A DNA stretch of 64,000 nucleotides from Bacilli bacterium. Its GTDB lineage: Bacteria; Bacillota_I; Bacilli_A; RFN20; CAG-826. A program made the translations under genes and the position numbers. Below are positions 9,307-16,488 of this stretch, in pieces. A model generated the notes under the pieces. That model did no database searches and was not told where the DNA came from. It saw nothing but the letters and a program-made list of their open reading frames with translations. The DNA lies in the NCBI GenBank assembly GCA_045116995.1, contig JBGUMU010000034.1:15854-79853 (forward strand), given 5' to 3'. Each line of letters begins with the position of its first letter. The stretch's first letter is position 1.

Positions 9307-9993
9307 TTATAAAACTATCATTTCTAATAACTTTAAGTCATCAATTGTTGTGACTTTGAAGTTCGCGGTAGTGCCTTTCACAATATGGACTGGTTGACCG
9401 TTCTCTTTCACTAATGCACTGTCATCAGTCATATTCATTAAGTTCTTCTTAAGTGCATTATCATGCGCATCTCTAATAATCCTAAATCTAAATGATTGAG
9501 GAGTCTGTGCTTGATATAACTCATTACGATCCACGAATCCATCGAGAGTATCATCACCCTTAATAATGGTATCTTTTACCTTAATTGCAGTGGTGACAGC
9601 ATCATACATCTTCACACCCGCGATATTATCAATAATGATGAATTTATCCATTAAAGGTCTTGCAGCATCATGGATTAAGATGATGTCATCATCCTTAACA
9701 CCGTTATCCTCTAACTTCTTAAGAGCATTATAGACACTTTCCTGTCTAGTAGTGCCCCCTAAGATAATGCCTTTAACTTTTTCTAAGTGATATAAGTTTA
9801 GATATTGATTAATTCTTTCATAACATTCCTCATTAGTGACGACATAGACTTCGTCAATGTCCTCTAAATTGTTGAATGTTAAAACACTATACATAAATAA
9901 AGGAACGTTATTTAAAAGATATAACTGTTTAGGCACATTTATATCATTTAAGCGTTCACTTTTACCAGCGGCTAATACAATTGCAATATTCAT
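9307..9993 (-). CDS. IspD/TarI-family cytidylyltransferase (MEP or ribitol-5-phosphate cytidylyltransferase)
   Basis: N-terminal IVLAAGKSERL...PKQ nucleotide-binding loop, HDAARP, QTPQSFRF, and a C-terminal KVTTIDDLKLLE. These match both IspD and TarI, so the substrate cannot be decided by eye. Confidence 0.85.
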   Translation of the reverse strand: MNIAIVLAAGKSERLNDINVPKQLYLLNNVPLFMYSVLTFNNLEDIDEVYVVTNEECYERINQYLNLYHLEKVKGIILGGTTRQESVYNALKKLEDNGVKDDDIILIHDAARPLMDKFIIIDNIAGVKMYDAVTTAIKVKDTIIKGDDTLDGFVDRNELYQAQTPQSFRFRIIRDAHDNALKKNLMNMTDDSALVKENGQPVHIVKGTTANFKVTTIDDLKLLEMIVL

Positions 9994-10129
9994 CGTATAT
10001 ATTTTATATACAATTTATCTAAAAAAGAAATAATATCGCTTATCCCAAAATAGTGGTGCAACTTATTAGACAAAAAGTTGAATATAGAAATATAATTAAG
10101 ACAAGGAAACAATACGGAGATAAAAGATA

Positions 10130-10501
10130 ATGAAATTTTTAAGATGTAAAATATGTGGCAAGATTGTCGCTATGGTAAATGACTGTTCAAGTTGTCCAAC
10201 AAAATGCTGTGGTGAAGCTATGGAAGAAATTCCAGTTAATACACAAGACGGCGCTCATGAAAAGCATGTCCCAGTATATGAAGTAGTGGACAATATCGTA
10301 AATGTTAAAGTTGGTGAAGTAGATCACCCAATGTTAGAAGCCCATTACATTCAATGGGTTGCCTTACAAACAAACTTAGGCAATCAAAGAAAAGTACTTC
10401 AACCAGGACAAGAACCAAAAGCTCAATTTGCTTTATTACCAGGTGAACAAGTTATCGCAGTTTACGAATACTGCAACTTACACGGCTTATACAAAGCGTA
10501 A
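10130..10501 (+). CDS. dfx: Desulfoferrodoxin-type superoxide reductase (2Fe-SOR)
   Basis: N-terminal desulforedoxin-like CKICG...CPTKCC, then EKHVPV, two His, and C-terminal CNLHGL, which are the neelaredoxin-domain ligands. Confidence 0.9.
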   Translation: MKFLRCKICGKIVAMVNDCSSCPTKCCGEAMEEIPVNTQDGAHEKHVPVYEVVDNIVNVKVGEVDHPMLEAHYIQWVALQTNLGNQRKVLQPGQEPKAQFALLPGEQVIAVYEYCNLHGLYKA

Positions 10502-10531
10502 TTAAAATATCCAAGAAAAAAAGCGGGCTAT

Positions 10532-11005
10532 TTAGTCCGCTTTTTCGTTGCCATGAATTATTTCTCTAATCGCATCAAGGAATAGTGGCAATATAATCAA
10601 TGATTGGTTGAAACCAAACTCAAGTTCTGATTTTTCGTGAATATATCTCCAGAAAGCGAATGCGTTGTTAATACCATCTAGAGCCTCATCAAAAGATTCT
10701 GGTCTTCCATTTAATCCCAACTGAACACTTTCCTTAATGTGGCTCTGGTGTTCTGGAGCCAGCAATGAGAAAAGCGCAGAAATATCATGTAAGCGTTTTC
10801 TCTTTTCTTCTGGTATCAAGCTTTTCAAATACAATTCCAATGCAAACGAGCCATTAACAATTGCAGGAATATTTACTACATCAGAAACCGTTCTTCCGAA
10901 TTCATCCATTCGTGTATTTTTGCCTTCTTTACATCTTAAGAACGCTTCATAAAAATCATCTGCAATATCAACTATGCCCACTGGGCACCCACATATTTTC
11001 ATCAT
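10532..11005 (-). CDS. Hypothetical protein (all-helical; any HEPN-like resemblance is speculative)
   Basis: 157-aa ORF. Only weak features (WRYIHE). No confident family. Confidence 0.5.
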   Translation of the reverse strand: MMKICGCPVGIVDIADDFYEAFLRCKEGKNTRMDEFGRTVSDVVNIPAIVNGSFALELYLKSLIPEEKRKRLHDISALFSLLAPEHQSHIKESVQLGLNGRPESFDEALDGINNAFAFWRYIHEKSELEFGFNQSLIILPLFLDAIREIIHGNEKAD

Positions 11006-11043
11006 AAAATCTCCTTGTTCATCTTTTATAATATCATAGCAAT

Positions 11044-11078
11044 AAAAAACGCCAGGTTTGAACCTAGCGTTTTGTTTT
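11044..11078 (-). terminator. Terminator of the 11093-12193 gene
   Basis: AACGCCAGG (11048-11056) pairs with CCTAGCGTT (11063-11071) with one mismatch. On the minus strand the hairpin is followed by a T-run. Confidence 0.7.
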
Positions 11079-11092
11079 TGCTTAATTAATAA

Positions 11093-12193
11093 TTAGGCTT
11101 GAGCATCAAGTGCTGGATCAGAACTGATTAATTTAACGCCGTTAGGTGTTGGTGTTTGAGCACCATCAGTAGCGTTACCGAGTCTGAATTCAAGAGATAA
11201 TTTCCAGTCTCTTGTTAATTCGGCATATGTTGTTGATGTACAGGAGATATCCTCGCCTTCTAACCATAAACGGACAACGATTCTTGTGTAGCTTGTAACG
11301 CCAGCATCAATGTCTGTGGCCGCTTGAGCAGCAGCGTTTGGATTTGTAACGTTACCAAGGGCATGTTCGCCTGAAACAGCTTGTGGTGTAGCACTTGGAG
11401 CGTTGTAATATTTTGTACCTTCTTGATATGTACCAGCAGCTGGACTTTGTCCAAAGCGGTCTGTATAGTATCCGCTGACAGAAGTTGAAGCTGTAAATTC
11501 TGATGTATCAACTTCGGTTCCTTTTTGATTTTGGTTGAAGGCACCATTTAAGCCTAAAACTGTCTTTAATACGAGGCCGCTATCATCGGCTGCTGTATTA
11601 GCGGTTGTGCCAACTGCTAATAAGCCAACTCTCCATGCCAAGCCTTTATTTGTAACAGCTGTATAAGCAGTTCCTGCTTCGTTTTTGTATGTTAAGTTAC
11701 ATTTTGACATATAAAGCACTTGGTCATCAGCAGCAGAAGTAGCTTTAATGTAGAATGAATAGTCAACGTATGCATAGCAAACATTGCTTGTGCTCACAGT
11801 TGTGAAGCCATATGCGCTATTGAAATTGTTGTCATATGCAGATTTGCCTGCTGCGGCGTGATCTTGAGAAGTGCCTTCTGTATAGAGAGTGTAATCATCG
11901 GTTTTGGCATCGCCATCACCTTTAGCACTAGTTGTGTAACGGAAAGCTTTACCATCGACTGTAGAAGCTGGTTCAAGGACAGCAGATCTGCTTTGATTGA
12001 TTGATTCGTTGTAGTTTGCTTCTTGGTTTGTTTCAGCAATTAAGAGGTTGCTGGAAACCCTTGTTGTAACTGTCATACCATCAACTTTGACGGAATTGTT
12101 TGTAGAGAACCATGCAACTGTACCTGTGACAGAAGCGGCTGTGGATAATAATAGGACTGCGAGTGCAGGAACTATAATTTTTGTCTTTTTCAT
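11093..12193 (-). CDS. Secreted TasA/camelysin-like protein with SipW-cognate-type signal peptide; candidate major fibre subunit (paralogue P0)
   Basis: MKKTKIIVPALAVLLLSTAASVTGTVAWFSTNN can be compared with CalY GGGTFAFFSD and TasA GGGTWAAFND. Composition is rich in T/S/A/G/N/Y. C-terminus is VRLWLEGED...WKLSLEFRLG. The gene is monocistronic with its own leader and terminator. ATG 12193 is preferred over GTG 12229. Confidence 0.65.
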   Translation of the reverse strand: MKKTKIIVPALAVLLLSTAASVTGTVAWFSTNNSVKVDGMTVTTRVSSNLLIAETNQEANYNESINQSRSAVLEPASTVDGKAFRYTTSAKGDGDAKTDDYTLYTEGTSQDHAAAGKSAYDNNFNSAYGFTTVSTSNVCYAYVDYSFYIKATSAADDQVLYMSKCNLTYKNEAGTAYTAVTNKGLAWRVGLLAVGTTANTAADDSGLVLKTVLGLNGAFNQNQKGTEVDTSEFTASTSVSGYYTDRFGQSPAAGTYQEGTKYYNAPSATPQAVSGEHALGNVTNPNAAAQAATDIDAGVTSYTRIVVRLWLEGEDISCTSTTYAELTRDWKLSLEFRLGNATDGAQTPTPNGVKLISSDPALDAQA

Positions 12194-12214
12194 ATAATTT
12201 ATTAAACTCCTTAT

Positions 12215-12253
12215 AAACGACAAAATCACTCAACTTATCTTCTAAACTGAGTG
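12215..12253 (-). promoter_or_regulatory. Terminator-like hairpin in the 5' leader of P0 (possible attenuator or riboswitch expression platform)
   Basis: On the minus strand CACTCA-N15-TGAGTG is followed by ATTTTGTCGTTT. This sits immediately upstream of the AAGGAG RBS (12207-12212) and ATG 12193. Confidence 0.4.
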
Positions 12254-12632
12254 GATGATAGATTTTGCATCACATGTCGCCAATAAGAAATGGGACGTTC
12301 TTATCGCTTTCGCTTTGCACAAATAGTATAGAAAAAAATCGTAAAAATAGTCAAACATTATTTTTGTATACAAAGTATAAAACTCGCGAAAAAACAGCAA
12401 ATAAATAAGCTAAAACGGTTTTGAAGGCCGATAACAATGCCACGACATCAAACATTAGATCCAGGATGTGTTTTCCTTCAAATAAACTGTTGAAAAGACT
12501 TATGAAATAAGAATACTGTTTAACCTATCTTTACGTGCATATTTTGAGCGTTATGTGCAAAATTAATTTGCCATTTAAGAAAGAGATATTATAAAATAAC
12601 CTCGTATATACCACTAATTGGTGTTCGTTAAT

Positions 12633-13001
12633 ATGAAAAAAATCAAATTACCTTTAATCATTGCTGGTCTAGTGTTGGATGTTGGTGTTACCATCTTCCT
12701 TTTTGTCATTAGCATCATGATATTAGTTAAGGTTATCCCGGCTGCTACTATCAACGAAGCTATTAATAACTCTCAGAACTGGCCATTAATTCATTACCTA
12801 TTACAAAATCCAACAGTTTATCTCGTTGCGTTTGTCATTCCATTATTTGTTCTCTTGGCATTGAATGTTATTGGCTTAATTATTTACGTCAAGAAAACAA
12901 GTGGTGCCAAACCAGCACAACTCGATGATCTCTCTGAAGAACAAAAAGAAGCTCTCAGACAAGAACTTCTCAAAGATCTCCAAGGCGAGAAAAAAGAATA
13001 A
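12633..13001 (+). CDS. Small membrane protein (3 TM) with charged C-terminal tail
   Basis: MKKIKLPLIIAGLVLDVGVTIFLFVISIMILV... with C-terminal LSEEQKEALRQELLKDLQGEKKE. ATG 12633 is preferred over the upstream TTG. Confidence 0.6.
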   Translation: MKKIKLPLIIAGLVLDVGVTIFLFVISIMILVKVIPAATINEAINNSQNWPLIHYLLQNPTVYLVAFVIPLFVLLALNVIGLIIYVKKTSGAKPAQLDDLSEEQKEALRQELLKDLQGEKKE

Positions 13002-13008
13002 TACACAT

Positions 13009-13027
13009 AGCGCGCAAGCGCTTTTTC
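13009..13027 (+). terminator. Rho-independent terminator
   Basis: AGCGC-GCAA-GCGCT hairpin (13009-13022) followed by TTTTT. Confidence 0.7.
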
Positions 13028-13111
13028 TTTAGTTTCAAGAATTTTATTTTTAATTAAAAATATAAAAAAACTATTGCGCACTTGAAAAATACGTGATAAG
13101 TTATACTCGAG

Positions 13112-13180
13112 TAAAAAGCAAAACCGGAGCAATCCGGCGACGCAAAACTATAGGGTCTTAGTATAAGATAGCCAGCAACC
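13112..13180 (+). promoter_or_regulatory. Candidate c-di-GMP-I (GEMM-I) riboswitch aptamer
   Basis: AAAAAGCAAAACCGGAGCAATCCGGCGACGCAAAACTATAGGGTCTTAGTATAAGATAGCCAGCAACC. It contains GCAAAACC, a CCGGA-GCAA-TCCGG hairpin with a GNRA loop, GACGCAAAAC, a second hairpin (CTAT..CTTA-GTA-TAAG-ATAG), then AGCCAGCAACC. The order and wording resemble the GEMM-I consensus (GGCAAACC-hairpin(GAAA)-GGGACGCAAAGCC-hairpin-AGCxGGGxxACC). Not verified with a covariance model. Confidence 0.45.
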
Positions 13181-13214
13181 TCAATCGATTAACTTTGATT
13201 GAGGTTTTATATTT
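13178..13214 (+). terminator. Leader terminator 1 (overlaps the 3' end of the candidate aptamer)
   Basis: ACCTCAATC (13178-13186) pairs with GATTGAGGT (13197-13205), followed by TTTTATATTT. Confidence 0.6.
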
Positions 13215-13226
13215 CTTAGACAAGAT

Positions 13227-13295
13227 AGCCAGTTGCCTTAGGGGTAATGAAATCCCGCCATTGTAATGGATGATAGGCAACTGGCTTTTAATTTC
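13227..13295 (+). terminator. Leader hairpin 2: 12-bp closing stem around a branched insert, followed by a T-run
   Basis: AGCCAGTTGCCT (13227-13238) pairs perfectly with AGGCAACTGGCT (13275-13286). The interior contains GGG..CCC and CCATT..AATGG mini-hairpins. TTTTAATTT follows. Confidence 0.5.
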
Positions 13296-13354
13296 AAACC
13301 CCATTGGGACAAAATTTAGAAAACAACTACTAACAGGGAAACAAGAAAAAGACT

Positions 13355-14224
13355 ATGTACGATTATGTTTTGGTAAGAAGACGTAGAAGAAGAAAGATCG
13401 CTGCATTAGTCAGTCTCATCTGTTCAATCGGCGTGACTGCATTAATCATCGTTTCATTCCTCGGACAATACACCGGTACTTTTACCGTTTCTTTAACCAA
13501 CTCATCTGTTAGATTGTCACTATCAGAAACTCAAAGTTTCGCTAATCCAACATCTTATCTTCGTATCGATAAGCTCAACTTATTCGAAGAGTCTACGTAT
13601 GTTAACATCAAAGACGAAGGTTTAGATGATGAAACAAAGGCTTATGACTGTGGCCAACACGAAATCAAAATCAAAAATAAAGATGGTAGTGTAACCACAA
13701 AGCAAGTCCTTTCCTATTTCAAGTACACATTCTATGTGGGTAACTTAGGGAGCAAAGCGGCGCAGTACGACATGCAAATTAAATTGTTGGAATGCTCGCA
13801 ATCCACGGATGGTACTAATAGAACTTTGGATGATACTTTAAGAGTTATGATTTATGAAAACGATATCGATGATGATAACAATTCGGGGGTTCATAATGTA
13901 GACGTCTATGCTAAAGAGAACGCTATAGGAAACATTGATATCGATGATGGCAACACAACACGTGAATTTATTTCTTCTCGTCCTAGAAGAGATTATTTAG
14001 GACCACAAAAAGAAGATGAAGATCACAAATTAGCTATTTCTTTCGAGAAATTGGATCTTATTCACACATACAGCCGAGATGGTTTCTTCGCAGGCCAAAT
14101 CCGTAGATATACATTAGTCTCATGGTTAGAAGGAGAGGATAGAGATTCTCTCAACAAACAAGGTACCCCTGTTGGTGCTACTTTAAAATTAGGAGTTGAA
14201 ATAACTGCTTATGAAAATGAATAA
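13355..14224 (+). CDS. Membrane-anchored paralogue P1 of the TasA-like family (degenerate cleavage motif; candidate anchor or base subunit)
   Basis: N-terminal RRRRRRK plus a TM (IAALVSLICSIGVTALIIVSFL), then QYTGTFTVSLT in place of GT-x-A-W-Y/F. It shares the mid-protein LRVMI box and the C-terminal SWLEGEDRD...LKLGVEITA with the paralogues. Confidence 0.6.
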   Translation: MYDYVLVRRRRRRKIAALVSLICSIGVTALIIVSFLGQYTGTFTVSLTNSSVRLSLSETQSFANPTSYLRIDKLNLFEESTYVNIKDEGLDDETKAYDCGQHEIKIKNKDGSVTTKQVLSYFKYTFYVGNLGSKAAQYDMQIKLLECSQSTDGTNRTLDDTLRVMIYENDIDDDNNSGVHNVDVYAKENAIGNIDIDDGNTTREFISSRPRRDYLGPQKEDEDHKLAISFEKLDLIHTYSRDGFFAGQIRRYTLVSWLEGEDRDSLNKQGTPVGATLKLGVEITAYENE

Positions 14225-15173
14225 AATTATAATTCCTGCTGCAATGTTAGCAGTGGGTGTCGCGCTCGTAGGTTCTGTTTCTAGTACCTTAGCGTGGTAT
14301 CAATACTCAACAAAAGCACAAGCAGCGTATATTGGAACCAGCGCCGGAGTTTCTGAAAACTTACAGATTCAAAATAAAAATGGTGATTGGGTTTCAAATT
14401 TATCTTCCTCCGATATCGCAGATTTAATGGAAACTGGTGTTGGTTCTGAACTCACACCAATCTCTCCTGCTATCGAGGGTAATTTAGATGCTACTTCTGC
14501 TCTACCAAATGGCGGTTTCTATAATAGCGTTGAAACTGGCGTTGGTGGTGTTGAAACATATGGTGATCGTAGAGCAAATAATAAGAATTACGTTGAATTC
14601 ACTTTAAAGATTAGATATTTGAAAACAAATTATGCCAATCCAAGCGATCCTTATGGTTATGCAAATAAAGCTTTAAAATTAGTCGATTTAACTATTCTCG
14701 ATGGATCCACAAACGCAGATTTGTACAAAGCTGTTAGAGTTCATATCTCTTCCGCTTCAGGAAACTACTTATTTATGAAGGATTCTACCACCAATGAAAC
14801 AGTCGAAACCGCCACATATGGTAAACTTGATACCGATAGTCGTGATGGTTTAGACACAGGCTGGGCGTATGAATGGGAATCTTCCCCTGAAATCGTTTAT
14901 GGTAAAGATGGATCAATTCAAACAGCGTACAATTCAAACTATTCCGCTGGTTTAAATAAACAAATCGGTGAACTTCCTGCAAGTAATGAAAACGGTTTAG
15001 CCGTGAAAGTTACTATTTGGCTTGAAGGATGGCAAAAATTATCCGGTGTTCCAACCGGTAACGCTGAAGCATCATCTGGTAGTTCTGCTATGTGGGATCC
15101 AACCGTTTATGCCAACAAGCAATTTAAGGTTGGTATGAGATTCCAAGCTGATGATATTCAACAAAATCCATAA
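14211..15173 (+). CDS. SipW-type signal peptide protein, TasA-like paralogue P2
   Basis: MKMNKIIIPAAMLAVGVALVGSVSSTLAWYQYSTKAQA, then AVRVHIS, then TIWLEGWQ...FKVGMRFQA. Overlaps P1 by 14 nt. Confidence 0.65.
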   Translation: MKMNKIIIPAAMLAVGVALVGSVSSTLAWYQYSTKAQAAYIGTSAGVSENLQIQNKNGDWVSNLSSSDIADLMETGVGSELTPISPAIEGNLDATSALPNGGFYNSVETGVGGVETYGDRRANNKNYVEFTLKIRYLKTNYANPSDPYGYANKALKLVDLTILDGSTNADLYKAVRVHISSASGNYLFMKDSTTNETVETATYGKLDTDSRDGLDTGWAYEWESSPEIVYGKDGSIQTAYNSNYSAGLNKQIGELPASNENGLAVKVTIWLEGWQKLSGVPTGNAEASSGSSAMWDPTVYANKQFKVGMRFQADDIQQNP

Positions 15174-15212
15174 TTGATATTTCGTCAAGGATTCGTTTTA
15201 TTTGGAGAATAA

Positions 15213-16370
15213 ATGATGAAATTCAACAAAGTTAAGTTTGTTGTAGCTGCTTTGTCCATGTGCTGCGGAGCCGCCCTCTTGGGTTCGATTTCAAGCACGA
15301 TTGCGTGGTATCAATTTACCACACGTGTATCTGCTGTTATCGTTGGTGCCTCGACAGGTGAGAAGAGCAATTTGAAAATAAGGATTAAAGGGACCAATAA
15401 TTGGAATTCCGACTTGACCTTTCATGATATCAATGAATATCTTGCGTCAGTCAACAAAGGCCAACAAATTACTCCAATTACTTCAGGATTTATGAATGCA
15501 GATGATCCTATTAAAAAAGATAATAACGATCAAATGATTTTTTACCAAAATCCAGGCGAAGAAGATATTGAAAGAGTACCTTATGATAGCCCTTCCTGGA
15601 GAAGAGCGGATGATTCCATGTATGTCTCAATTCCTTTAGAACTTTCATATATCCAAAAAGTCGAAGGAAGTGAACAATTCTTAGAAAAAGATGTGTATAT
15701 CTCTGATTTGCTAATTCAAGAAGATCGCAAAAATAGCATTAATGCTAAAAAAGATTTATCTGAAGCAATCCGTGTACACATCAGCACTTACCAAAGCAAC
15801 GACAAACAAAATACTGAGTTGAATAGATTAATCTCCAAAAATGGTGGAACCATACTGACCGAAGGCCATTTAGATATTGGTGGTGATGGTGATTTAGATG
15901 AATACATCGAAGGTCATCACGGACCAGACTATGGTTTTATTGATGAAGACGATACCGAAAGATACTATGTCACCTATGGTGAAGGTGTCCAAACAGCTTA
16001 CAGTAATCAATATGACGTTCAAGATAATTCATATAAGACACTTAGTGGTCAAACCATTAATGAAAAGGTTTATCCAACAGTAGTCAAATCTATTGATGAT
16101 TCCAACGTTTTAGATGAAGAAAGTTTTGAATATCAAAAAGAAGGCGAAACCGCCAAAACATCTAAATGTATTGGCAAGACAGTAGCCTTTGAAGGTGAGC
16201 AAAATGAAGCTTACCTCAATGTCGTTATGACGATTTGGGTTGAAGGATGGCAACCATTCCCTTCCCCAACGGCCGCTGATCCGAATGCAAAATCACCTAT
16301 CTGGAATGCATCGGACTATATTGGCTCAATGTTTGATGTCGGCATTGAATTTGCCGTACAACAAGACTAA
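15213..16370 (+). CDS. SipW-type signal peptide protein, TasA-like paralogue P3
   Basis: ..ALLGSISSTIAWYQFTTRVSA, then AIRVHIS, then TIWVEGWQ...FDVGIEFAV. Confidence 0.65.
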   Translation: MMKFNKVKFVVAALSMCCGAALLGSISSTIAWYQFTTRVSAVIVGASTGEKSNLKIRIKGTNNWNSDLTFHDINEYLASVNKGQQITPITSGFMNADDPIKKDNNDQMIFYQNPGEEDIERVPYDSPSWRRADDSMYVSIPLELSYIQKVEGSEQFLEKDVYISDLLIQEDRKNSINAKKDLSEAIRVHISTYQSNDKQNTELNRLISKNGGTILTEGHLDIGGDGDLDEYIEGHHGPDYGFIDEDDTERYYVTYGEGVQTAYSNQYDVQDNSYKTLSGQTINEKVYPTVVKSIDDSNVLDEESFEYQKEGETAKTSKCIGKTVAFEGEQNEAYLNVVMTIWVEGWQPFPSPTAADPNAKSPIWNASDYIGSMFDVGIEFAVQQD

Positions 16371-16488
16371 AAAATCCAGATAAACTCCATAAATATTTAT
16401 TAAACTTTTGAATAAGAAAATATCAGCAAAGTCTCATATACATATACACACATGAGGCTTTGCTGGTGTAAAATGAAAGAAAGGGTAT

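Noticed and set aside
11260-12039. Minus-strand ORFs 11260-11547 and 11794-12039 inside the P0 gene
   Set aside because: They are alternative frames of the same strand. The translations are Q/L/K-rich nonsense, whereas the P0 frame has a signal peptide, family boxes and a terminator.
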